Shown here: positions 8,528 to 16,683 of the stretch, in pieces
Position numbering within the stretch: position 1 is the first letter of the stretch
Layout of the letters: every line of letters begins with the position of its first letter
Origin: Armatimonadia bacterium
GTDB lineage: Bacteria; Armatimonadota; Zipacnadia; Zipacnadales; UBA11051
Direction: 5' to 3'
DNA length: 25,002 nucleotides
NCBI GenBank assembly: GCA_039683575.1
Contig: JBDKRC010000136.1
Coordinates: 1 to 25,002, forward strand
Position numbers and translations under genes: made by a program
Notes under the pieces: model-generated
Seen by the model: only the letters and a program-made list of their open reading frames with translations
Told to the model about the DNA's origin: nothing
The model's database searches: none

Positions 8528-8950
8528 ATGGCGTACACCGCCACACTGGTCTCAGCGATTGCGGACAAGACGCCCTCGGTCATTGCGGTGACCATTGAGT
8601 ATTCCGACGGCAAGGACAAGGTCACGCGCGACTACCGGGTGTCCGAGCCCTCGGCGATCCCGCGGATTGCCCGGGATGCGGTCGCGGAGCTTCAGCGCGA
8701 GAAAGAGGTGGCTGCTTACCTGGCGGCCCCCGTTCTCGGCCCTGTGGAACTCCAGGCGAAGACTTTCGAGCCCACCATAGCGGAGCAGCAGGAGCGCACG
8801 GTGGACGCCGCCAAGGCCCGCCTGCGGCGTCTCAAGGAGGCCCTCGATCTCGGGCTCATCACACAGGTTCAGTACGACAACCGCCTGTCCACGGTTAAGT
8901 CCAGCCTGACCGATGCTGGCATCAACATCATCACATTGCTGAGTCAGTAG
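8528..8950 (+). CDS. Hypothetical protein with C-terminal SHOCT-like helix pair
   Basis: ATG 1 nt after the previous stop; RLRRLKEALDLGLITQVQYDNRL resembles the SHOCT pattern LxxLxxLxDxGxITxxEY. Confidence 0.7.
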   Translation: MAYTATLVSAIADKTPSVIAVTIEYSDGKDKVTRDYRVSEPSAIPRIARDAVAELQREKEVAAYLAAPVLGPVELQAKTFEPTIAEQQERTVDAAKARLRRLKEALDLGLITQVQYDNRLSTVKSSLTDAGINIITLLSQ

Positions 8951-8963
8951 GAGGCGGCCGCCC

Positions 8964-10916
8964 TTGGCGTACGGCTACTACAAAACCCTCACGATAGACC
9001 ACACCAAGTGCGGGAGTGCGAACTCCTCGGACTTCCCGCTATTGGTGTATCTCACCGACGTGGACCTGAAGACCACGTCGAACGGGGGCTACGTCCAGCA
9101 CGCCCAGGGGTACGACCTCGCGTTCTTCTCCGACGCAGGGCTCACCACACAACTCAAGCATGAGGTAGTCTCCTACAACGCATCCACGGGCGCGGTGGAG
9201 CTGTGGGTGAAAGTGCCAACCCTCTCCTATTCCGCCGACACCTTGGTGTATATGGCGTTCGGGGACGCGGGGATTTCTACCCCTCAGGCGGATGGGGTGA
9301 ACGTCTGGTCGAGCGCGTACAAGGCGGTGTACCACCTTGCGGAGGCCAGGTCTACCGGCGCCGGGGCGTACAAAGACGCCACTTCAAACGCCAACAACGG
9401 CACGCTGACCGACGAGGACAGCGATTGCATCCAGGCCGATGTAAAAATCGGCAAGGGTGTGGATTTTGGTGGGGACGCGACCGACCGAATCGCCGTCGCG
9501 GACTCTGCCTCGCTCGACTTCACCAGCGATTTCGCAATCACTGGTTGGGTCCGCGTCAACTCCACCCCTGCCGCGGGGAACTTCTACGGGGTCCTTGGCA
9601 AAGGGACCAGCGCCATCCCGTCGAATTTCCTCATCGTCGCGGACAACGGCTACCTGTCCGCCGGCCTGGGACTGGCTGCTGCCGTCTACAATTCCGGCGG
9701 ATCGGTGGTGGCAACCAAGGTTACGATTTCAGCCAACACGCTGTACTTCTTCTGCGTGAAGTGGGTTGCGGCGACCGGCTCGATCTCCATCTCGATCGAC
9801 AACGGGACGCCTGCCGCGTCGTCAGGGTCGGGCTACACGGCGAACGCCAATACCGCGAAGCTGACGCTGGGCCACTGGTCTGACGCTGATGCTGCCTACG
9901 CCTTCGATGGCTTGCTCGATGAGGTCCGACTCTACTCTGGGGCGTTGTCGGCCGACGAGATCACGGCGCAGTACAACAATCAGAACACCCCTGCCACGTT
10001 CTACTCTGTTGGCGCGCGAACGTCGACCTCTTCCGCAACTACGGGATCCGGCGCCCTGACGGTGTCCGCCCCCGCCCCCGCCGGCACGGGCTCGATGCAG
10101 ATCGCGGGCTCTGGCGCACCGGTCGTCGCCGCCTCGGCCGTCGCTGGCGCCGGTAGTCTCGGGGCCACAGGTTCCGGCGCGGCGGTTGTTGCTGCGCCTG
10201 TAGTCGCGGGCACGGGGTCGCACATCAATGGGGCTTCGGGCTCTGGCGCCCTGACCATCCCCGCGCCTGTTGCCGCCGGCACCGGCTCCATCAAGGCCAC
10301 GGGCTCTGGCGCCCCGGTTGTTGCCGCTCCGGTTGCCGCCGGCGTTGGAACACTCAAGGCCACCGGCTCTGGCGCCGCGGTTGTCGCCGCCTCTGTCGCC
10401 GCGGGTGTCGGAACTCTCATGGCCACCGGCTCTGGCGCCCTGACTGTCGCCACCGCGGTCGTCGCCGGCACGGGCGCGCACAATACCGGAATCGCGGGAT
10501 CGGGCGCTCTGACGGTATCTGCCCCCGTCGCCGCCGGCGCTGGAACGCTCAAGGCCACAGGCTCAGGCGCGCTGGCTGTCGCCGCCCCGACCACCGCCGG
10601 CGCCGGGACACTCAAAGTCACAGGCTCTGGCGCCTTGGTTGTCTCCGCCCCGGCCACCGCCGGCATCGGCACCGCCTCCGAGGGTCCTTTGGGCTCGGGT
10701 GATTTGGATATCGCGGGGCCTGTTGTTTCGGGCTCGGGGTTCCTGCTGATCACCGGGACGGGCGGTATCTTTGTCGGGCTTCCCACTATCTCCAACACGT
10801 ATGCGGCCCTGTGGCAAGAGGCCCCCGCTTCAGCTATTGAATCCTGGGCCACCCCGGATTCGCCCGCTGGCGCATGGGTTGAACAGCCCCCCGCGGGCGG
10901 CGACTGGGTGAATTAG
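8964..10916 (+). CDS. Fibre/adhesin: DUF2341-like + LamG/concanavalin-like domain + 21-aa repeat stalk + Trp-repeat tail
   Basis: DFPLLV...YDLAF...LWVKVPTLS...YMAFG (DUF2341-like), FDGLLDEVRLYSGALSADEI (LamG-like), 12 GSGA repeats; GGAGG at 8950-8954 before TTG. Confidence 0.85.
   Translation: MAYGYYKTLTIDHTKCGSANSSDFPLLVYLTDVDLKTTSNGGYVQHAQGYDLAFFSDAGLTTQLKHEVVSYNASTGAVELWVKVPTLSYSADTLVYMAFGDAGISTPQADGVNVWSSAYKAVYHLAEARSTGAGAYKDATSNANNGTLTDEDSDCIQADVKIGKGVDFGGDATDRIAVADSASLDFTSDFAITGWVRVNSTPAAGNFYGVLGKGTSAIPSNFLIVADNGYLSAGLGLAAAVYNSGGSVVATKVTISANTLYFFCVKWVAATGSISISIDNGTPAASSGSGYTANANTAKLTLGHWSDADAAYAFDGLLDEVRLYSGALSADEITAQYNNQNTPATFYSVGARTSTSSATTGSGALTVSAPAPAGTGSMQIAGSGAPVVAASAVAGAGSLGATGSGAAVVAAPVVAGTGSHINGASGSGALTIPAPVAAGTGSIKATGSGAPVVAAPVAAGVGTLKATGSGAAVVAASVAAGVGTLMATGSGALTVATAVVAGTGAHNTGIAGSGALTVSAPVAAGAGTLKATGSGALAVAAPTTAGAGTLKVTGSGALVVSAPATAGIGTASEGPLGSGDLDIAGPVVSGSGFLLITGTGGIFVGLPTISNTYAALWQEAPASAIESWATPDSPAGAWVEQPPAGGDWVN
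10041..10796 (+). repeat. Degenerate 63-bp (21-aa) coding tandem repeat, about 12 units
   Basis: Consensus TGSGALxVxAPxxAGxGTLKA; near-identical DNA units start at 10291 and 10354 (63-bp period); units 3, 7 and 10 are 23 aa. Confidence 0.9.
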
Positions 10917-10968
10917 CCCCCTAAACCTAATCCGAGGGTATTGTGTAGACGCGTGGATTAGAAGGGGG
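10917..10968 (+). promoter_or_regulatory. Intergenic hairpin covering the RBS of the tail fibre gene
   Basis: CCCCCT (10917-10922) pairs with AGGGGG (10963-10968); CTAATCC (10927-10933) pairs with GGATTAG (10955-10961). Confidence 0.5.
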
Positions 10969-10972
10969 TCTT

Positions 10973-11650
10973 TTGGCCGACACAACCACCACAGTTCTCT
11001 CCCTTGTGAAACCTGAGGTTGGCGCCTCGGATGACACTTGGGGCACGAAAATAAACGCTGACCTGGACGCAATTGACAACCTGCTCGAGCTGGCGGGCGC
11101 GGATACGGTCCTGAAGCTGGCGCATGGGGGCACCGGCGCCGCCACCGCCGAGGCCGCCCGTACCAATCTCGGTTTGGGCGCGCTGGCCGTATTGGGGACC
11201 TCTCCCGCACTGGTTGACCCCACTTGCACTTCCCTCGCGGCCACGGGCGACGTTTCATCCTCGGGGGGCAAAGGCAACTTCCAGACTGTCGAGAGCGCCG
11301 GCCAGGTGTGGTCTAAGGCCACAGGGTTCAAGTTCCCCGACGGTAGCACCCAGGCGACTGCTGCGGGAGCTTTGGCCACCAGGGCGCACACCCAGCAGGG
11401 TACTTCCACCACCGCGGCCGCCAACACCCGATACGCGATCACCGCCAACAGTGTGGTCCTCACGCTCCCCGCGAGCCCGGCCAATGGCGACTGGGTCGAG
11501 GCCATAGGGCATGGGGTGACGGGCTGCTCCATCGCGCGAAATAGCAAAACGATTGCAGGATTGAGCGAAGACCTGACCTTGGACGTGGACCCCTTCGCGG
11601 TCTGCCTGGTGTTTGATTCGACATTGAATGGCTGGAGGTTCGCGGCATGA
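10973..11650 (+). CDS. Short tail fibre protein
   Basis: N-terminal anchor ADTTTTVLSLVKPEVGASDDTWGTKIN, GGTGA..ARTNLG fibre motif, FKFPDGSTQ, C-terminal LTLPASPANGD...IARN...DLTLD domain resembling T4 gp9/gp10-type adapter domains. Confidence 0.85.
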   Translation: MADTTTTVLSLVKPEVGASDDTWGTKINADLDAIDNLLELAGADTVLKLAHGGTGAATAEAARTNLGLGALAVLGTSPALVDPTCTSLAATGDVSSSGGKGNFQTVESAGQVWSKATGFKFPDGSTQATAAGALATRAHTQQGTSTTAAANTRYAITANSVVLTLPASPANGDWVEAIGHGVTGCSIARNSKTIAGLSEDLTLDVDPFAVCLVFDSTLNGWRFAA

Positions 11651-12273
11651 GTGCTCTGACTCAGTTCGGGGGTAAAGGGCTTCGCTACGAGCGGTTCACC
11701 GCGAGCGGCACCTGGGTCTGCCCAGTTGGCGTGTACATGGCCGAGATGTTCCTGGTCGGCGGGGGCGGCTCGGGTGGTGCCAAGTTTACCGGGTACGCGG
11801 GCGGGGGCGCCGGGGGGACGGTGGGCCGGCTCAAAGTCCCGGTTGTCCCGGGGACGAGCTATACCGTCACGATTGGGGCGGGGGGCGCGTTGGTCAACGC
11901 TGGCGCGGACACCGTTGGGAACGCGGGAGGGGCTACGTCCGTCGCAGGGGGGATCCTCAACCTGTCCGCAGCCGGCGGCGCCGGCGGCGGCATAGGCACC
12001 TCGGCACCGGCTGCGGCCACGGGCGGAGGAAGTGCGTGGGCGGAGACGGTCATCGCGGGGGCCAATGGCGGGGCGGCGAGTGCCCTAGGCGCAGCCGGGT
12101 CCGCAGCAGGGAACGCAACAGGAGGGGGTGGGTGCTTGAGCGCGGGGGGCAACGGTTCGACCGCCGCGGCTGGTTCCGCTGCCGCAAACTCGGGTGCGGG
12201 TGGGGGCGCCACTGTCGGGCCCGCGGCTAACTCGGGCGCCGGCGGTTCTGGTCTGGTCGTAATCAGCTACTAG
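11647..12273 (+). CDS. Glycine-rich fibre-tip adhesin
   Basis: FTASGTWVCP...LVGGGGSG...VVPGTSYTVTIGAGG...GAGGSGLVVISY is the typical glycine-rich domain layout; ATGA overlap with the fibre gene. Confidence 0.82.
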   Translation: MSALTQFGGKGLRYERFTASGTWVCPVGVYMAEMFLVGGGGSGGAKFTGYAGGGAGGTVGRLKVPVVPGTSYTVTIGAGGALVNAGADTVGNAGGATSVAGGILNLSAAGGAGGGIGTSAPAAATGGGSAWAETVIAGANGGAASALGAAGSAAGNATGGGGCLSAGGNGSTAAAGSAAANSGAGGGATVGPAANSGAGGSGLVVISY

Positions 12274-12281
12274 GAGGGGAA

Positions 12282-13760
12282 TTGCTGCAAGCTCTTCGCT
12301 ACCCTCCTGGCATGGTTCGGGTGGGCACAGAATATGAAAGCATCGGTCGCTGGCGCGAGGGCAACCTGGTGCGCTGGCACGAAGGCGTTCTGCGCCCTGT
12401 CGGTGGTTGGGCTAAGAAATCCCCCTCGCAGCTCACCGGGATCCCGCGGGCACTCCACTCCTGGCGCCAGAACAACTTTCAGGCCAGGCTTGCGGTCGGG
12501 ACCCACACCAACCTCTACGTCTTCACCGACGGGTCGATGTACGACATCACCCCCGCCGACCTCGCCGCAGGCAAGACTGACACGATTTACGGGTATGGGT
12601 ACGGCGCCAGGTCGTACTCGAGTTCTTCGTACGGCACCCCCAGGGCGGCCGGCGTTAGCCTGCTCGCGACCAGTTGGACGCTGGACAACTTCGGTGAGTG
12701 GCTTGTCGGTTGTCAGGACTACGACGGGCGCCTGTTTGTTTGGAAGAACAACGTAACCGTCCCCGCCGCGGTAGTCACGAACGCACCCACGAACTGCCTG
12801 GGCGTGATGGTGACCCCCGAAAGGCACCTTCTGGCCATAGGCCCGGGTGGCGACCGCCGGTCTGTCGCCTGGTCGAGCTCCGAGGACACTGAGCTCTGGA
12901 CACCCACCGCAACGAACTCGGCAGGAGGTCTGACGCTGGCCACTTCCGAGCGGATTACCGCTTGGAAGCGTGCCCGCGAGTTGAGCCTTTTGTGGACCGA
13001 GAACGAGATCCACGCGCTGGTGTACAAGGAGTATCCCTACATCTATGGGAGCCAGAAGATCGCATCAGGCTGCGGGTCGCCCTCTCCGCACGCTGGTGTG
13101 GTCCTCGAGGGGGGCGTGGTCTGGATGAGCGCTGAGGGTTTCCACCTGTACGACGGCGCCGTTTCATCGATCCCTTGCACAGTCCACGACGCAATCTTCC
13201 GCAACGTCAACAGGGCTCAGTTGACCAAGGTGGTTGCCGGCCAGAACCGCAGGTACAACGAAGTTTGGTGGTTTTATCCGAGCGCGAGCTCATCGGAAAA
13301 CGACCAGTATGTGATCTGGAACTACCGGGACGATCACTGGGCCACGGGGACCCTCCCGAGGTCCGCCTGGCACGATGCCGGTGTGTATGAGAACCCCTTG
13401 GCGATGTCCAGCGACGGCTACCTGTACGAGCACGAATTTGGGTGGACGAACGATGGCACGCCGATCGGCGCCGACCGTTGGATTCGGAGTGGCCCGAATG
13501 AGTTGGGTGCTGGCGACCAGGTGATGCGCCTGAATGGCATGATCCCCGATCGCGACTCCTCGGGGGCGACCGCCCTGAAGCTGAGGACTCGCAACTACCC
13601 GGAAGATTCATGGAGCTCTTCGGATCTGGTGACGATGACACCGAAGATGGACTTCCGCCTGACCGGGCGGCAGATCGAAGTCGAGATCGTGGGGCAACGT
13701 GACGAGGACTGGCGCGTGGGCATCCTGCGCGCTGACGTGCTCGAGGGGGGCCGGCGATGA
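12282..13760 (+). CDS. Tail nozzle / DNA stabilisation protein (P22 gp10-like, beta-propeller)
   Basis: 492 aa beta-rich; GRWREGNLVRW, WTLDNFGE, VAWSSSED, YNEVWWFYPS, WRVG...GRR motifs; GGAGGG RBS before TTG. Confidence 0.82.
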   Translation: MLQALRYPPGMVRVGTEYESIGRWREGNLVRWHEGVLRPVGGWAKKSPSQLTGIPRALHSWRQNNFQARLAVGTHTNLYVFTDGSMYDITPADLAAGKTDTIYGYGYGARSYSSSSYGTPRAAGVSLLATSWTLDNFGEWLVGCQDYDGRLFVWKNNVTVPAAVVTNAPTNCLGVMVTPERHLLAIGPGGDRRSVAWSSSEDTELWTPTATNSAGGLTLATSERITAWKRARELSLLWTENEIHALVYKEYPYIYGSQKIASGCGSPSPHAGVVLEGGVVWMSAEGFHLYDGAVSSIPCTVHDAIFRNVNRAQLTKVVAGQNRRYNEVWWFYPSASSSENDQYVIWNYRDDHWATGTLPRSAWHDAGVYENPLAMSSDGYLYEHEFGWTNDGTPIGADRWIRSGPNELGAGDQVMRLNGMIPDRDSSGATALKLRTRNYPEDSWSSSDLVTMTPKMDFRLTGRQIEVEIVGQRDEDWRVGILRADVLEGGRR

Positions 13761-13966
13761 TTCTTCCTTCTCCTCCTGAGAGGTACACCCGCGGGGTCGA
13801 GGCCGAGCGCAACCGCGCCATCGCGGCCGCCGACAGGGACAACGTGAAGCGTGGAACTGACATGGACATGGACAGGGGGCGGGTGATCCTGCGGTCGCCC
13901 GACGGCGGCCGGTGGGCTCTGAAGGTGGATAACGCAGGGGCGGTGACGGCGGAGGAGGTGGCGTAG
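13757..13966 (+). CDS. Small tail-associated hypothetical protein
   Basis: 69 aa, ATGA overlap, LPSPPERY start and ILRSPDGGRWALKVDNAG beta-hairpin end typical of the gene after the nozzle. Confidence 0.72.
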   Translation: MILPSPPERYTRGVEAERNRAIAAADRDNVKRGTDMDMDRGRVILRSPDGGRWALKVDNAGAVTAEEVA

Positions 13967-15784
13967 ATGGGTTCGAGCACAACGACCAGCAATAGCAATA
14001 GCAGTAGCAGCAGTTGGGGTTCCGGTACGAGTCAGCCTTCGGGTTGGGTTCCTACCGAGATGGAGAATGTCTACAACGACCAGAAGCAGAACCTCAGCTC
14101 CTGGAACCCGAACTTCAACAAGCCTGTTGTCGGGTTCAACCCCACCCAGCTTGCCGCGTTCCAACAGGTGCAAAACCTCCAGGGCGCCGGCGCTGGGCAA
14201 ATCTCTCAAGCGAACCAGGTGTCCGACCGCCTGAGCAACTTCCAGTCGAACGATCTCAACGCAACCACCTTCCAGTTGCCCGAAGGATACCTGACGAAGT
14301 ATTCGGACTGGATCGAGGAGGGCTTGTCGAAGTACGACTTGCCCAGCCTCGACAGCCTCATCGGTGCTATGGGTAGCGTCCCCCAGGCGCCCACACTCAG
14401 TGGGGTCTCGGGTGGCGCCGGCACAAACGTCACGGCGGACCAGATCACCGCAGCGCAGATTGCGCGAGGGGATGTTCGCGACGTCAGCGGCGGGGACACT
14501 CTGGCGAATTTCCAGAAGATGCTCGGCGGGATCGACGACACATACTTCCAGGAAGCGCTCGACCCGACACTGAAAGAACTCCAGCGCCAGAAGGACATCG
14601 AGCAGCAGCGCAACGGATCGGCCGCGGCGGCCGCCGGCGCATTCGGGGGTAGCCGGCATGGAGTAACCGAAGCCGAGACGAATCGCGCCTGGCTGGACGA
14701 GGTCGCAGCCACAACCGGCGACATGAATTTGAAGAAGTTGGCAATGGCGCAGGGTCTGTCCGAAGCGGATCTAGCCCGACAACTCCAGGCCGGCGTGGCC
14801 AATCAGGGCGCCGACTTCAATGTCGCGTCGACGAACGCCAACCTGAACCAGCGCACGGGTGAAGCAAACGCTTCTAACAACCTGACCGCAAGCACGACGA
14901 ACGCGAACATCGCCGCGCAGATGGCCAGCCAGAATGCGTCCCTGCAAGCCCAGGCGCAGATGGCGGCCTACAACGCGCAAGTGCAGGCGATGCAGTCCCG
15001 TGCGGGGCTCGCTTCGGATTGGATGCAGACGCGGCTCGGGTACGGCACCCAGCTCTCCGACACGAGAGCGGGGCTGGCTACGGGCGAGGCTGGTCTGATC
15101 AACACCGCCGGGATGAATGCTGCCGGCCAGATCAACGACATGGCCCAGTTCAACGAAAACAGCCGAGCGACCGCCGCCGGGATCAACCTCCAAGGCGCCA
15201 ATCTCGGGCTGCTCACTGGCGACAAAGAGAACGAATGGGGCAGGACCCAGACTGGCCTCCTGGCCGAATCCGGGGCGGCCCAGCAGGCGCAGGCGCAGGC
15301 CGAAGCGGACGCGCTGTACCAGAACGAGTGGATGAACGGGGTGCTCCCCCAGATCAAGACCGGGATCCAGATGGACATGCTCGGTCAGATCCCGTACGGA
15401 ACCACCACCACAGAGAACGGTGGCGGGACGAGCGCGAGCACGAGCACGAGCAAGACCTCCACCCCCTGGTGGCAGACCCTCGCAAACGTGGGGATGCAAG
15501 TGGGCGCCGCCGCCCTGAGCGACAAACGCCTGAAGAAGAACATCACCCCGATCAAGTCCGCCCTGGACAAGGTCCGAAAACTCCAGGGTGTCGACTACGA
15601 CTGGAAGACCGGACAGCCGGCTTCTGGCCTTCTCGCACAGGACGTCCAGAAGGCCCTCCCGCGCGCCATCTCGAGCAAGGGCGGGGCTCTCCACTATGAC
15701 ATGCCGGCGGTCCTCGGGCTCCTGACTGAAGCGGTTAAGGACCTCGATCGGAAAGTGTCCGCACCCAAACCTCGGAGGAAATAG
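13967..15784 (+). CDS. Ejection (pilot)-like protein with C-terminal peptidase S74 intramolecular chaperone domain
   Basis: Q/A/N-rich helical body with GAFGGSR motif; SDKRLKKNITPI...LQGVDYDWK...GLLAQDVQKALP from 15518; GGAGG RBS. Confidence 0.82.
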   Translation: MGSSTTTSNSNSSSSSWGSGTSQPSGWVPTEMENVYNDQKQNLSSWNPNFNKPVVGFNPTQLAAFQQVQNLQGAGAGQISQANQVSDRLSNFQSNDLNATTFQLPEGYLTKYSDWIEEGLSKYDLPSLDSLIGAMGSVPQAPTLSGVSGGAGTNVTADQITAAQIARGDVRDVSGGDTLANFQKMLGGIDDTYFQEALDPTLKELQRQKDIEQQRNGSAAAAAGAFGGSRHGVTEAETNRAWLDEVAATTGDMNLKKLAMAQGLSEADLARQLQAGVANQGADFNVASTNANLNQRTGEANASNNLTASTTNANIAAQMASQNASLQAQAQMAAYNAQVQAMQSRAGLASDWMQTRLGYGTQLSDTRAGLATGEAGLINTAGMNAAGQINDMAQFNENSRATAAGINLQGANLGLLTGDKENEWGRTQTGLLAESGAAQQAQAQAEADALYQNEWMNGVLPQIKTGIQMDMLGQIPYGTTTTENGGGTSASTSTSKTSTPWWQTLANVGMQVGAAALSDKRLKKNITPIKSALDKVRKLQGVDYDWKTGQPASGLLAQDVQKALPRAISSKGGALHYDMPAVLGLLTEAVKDLDRKVSAPKPRRK

Positions 15785-16147
15785 ATGCCCAGCTTCACAA
15801 ACATGAGTATCCCGAACGGGCTCCTATCGCAGGGGCTCTTCGGTGTCCCCTCCACGGGGGGCATGCAGAACATCAAGAAGGCCCCGTCCTTCATGGACGG
15901 GATGGGGGACAAGCTCCCAGGGCTCCTGGCTCAGGCGGCGAAGGCTACTGAACCGTCCGCCGAGCAGCAGCCCACGGCTCCCCCCATCAGCCAGTTCCAC
16001 ATGCCGGCTGGCGGTGTGCAGACTGCCGCGGGGCCTCAGGGCCGGCTCGGGTTTGACGGTGTGCTCCAGAAGTATTTGGCGATGATGGGTGGCTCCCAAG
16101 GGCAACCTCTCGCGCAGATGGCCGGTGGCCTGAACAGGAGGGGATGA
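15785..16147 (+). CDS. Hypothetical low-complexity protein (internal virion candidate)
   Basis: 120 aa, GGAGG RBS, abuts previous stop (TAGATG), G/P/M/Q-rich. Confidence 0.7.
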   Translation: MPSFTNMSIPNGLLSQGLFGVPSTGGMQNIKKAPSFMDGMGDKLPGLLAQAAKATEPSAEQQPTAPPISQFHMPAGGVQTAAGPQGRLGFDGVLQKYLAMMGGSQGQPLAQMAGGLNRRG

Positions 16148-16683
16148 TGAGGTCCTACCAGGACGTGATGACTCAACAGGGAGCCGCGGGCGGATGGGGC
16201 CGCGGCGGTGCTCAGATGCAGGCGGTTTCGGCGAAGCCCACCGGTCTCTTGGATGAGCAGCAGGCGACGCAGCAAGCCCAGGCGCAGATGCAGGTAGCCG
16301 GGGGCGCAACCCCACGGCCGATCCAGCAGATGCAGTCGGATATGGGCGCGCCGCCTCCCGGGCTGTTGCAGGCGCAACCCCCTCCGCAGGAAGTGCATGC
16401 GCAGCAGATGATGCAGCAGCAGGCACAACAGGCGCAGATGCAGGAGCAGGAGCGGATTCAGCGGCAGGCGCAAATCCAGGCGCAGGGGGCCGCGCAGCAA
16501 GCGCAGATGCAAGCGCCTTCCCAAGTCCCCACCGCACCCCTCGGGATGCCCGGGAACGCGCCAGCACAGCGTCCCTACGCCCAGGAGATCAGCCAGGCGC
16601 CGCAGATTCAGGCGCCGGTGGAGTTGGGGTATCAGCAGGCGACCAGCCCGTTCAGGTCGCGCGGTGAGTTGCGGAGGTTCTAA
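16144..16683 (+). CDS. Glutamine-rich hypothetical protein (internal virion candidate)
   Basis: 179 aa, about 45 Gln by hand count; AGGAGG RBS; ATGA overlap; stop abuts the next ATG. Confidence 0.72.
   Translation: MMRSYQDVMTQQGAAGGWGRGGAQMQAVSAKPTGLLDEQQATQQAQAQMQVAGGATPRPIQQMQSDMGAPPPGLLQAQPPPQEVHAQQMMQQQAQQAQMQEQERIQRQAQIQAQGAAQQAQMQAPSQVPTAPLGMPGNAPAQRPYAQEISQAPQIQAPVELGYQQATSPFRSRGELRRF

Noticed and set aside
10041..10796. CRISPR array or DGR template/variable repeat
   Set aside because: Repeats are in-frame, degenerate at synonymous positions and lack unique spacers; no adenine-specific repeat pair or reverse transcriptase is visible.
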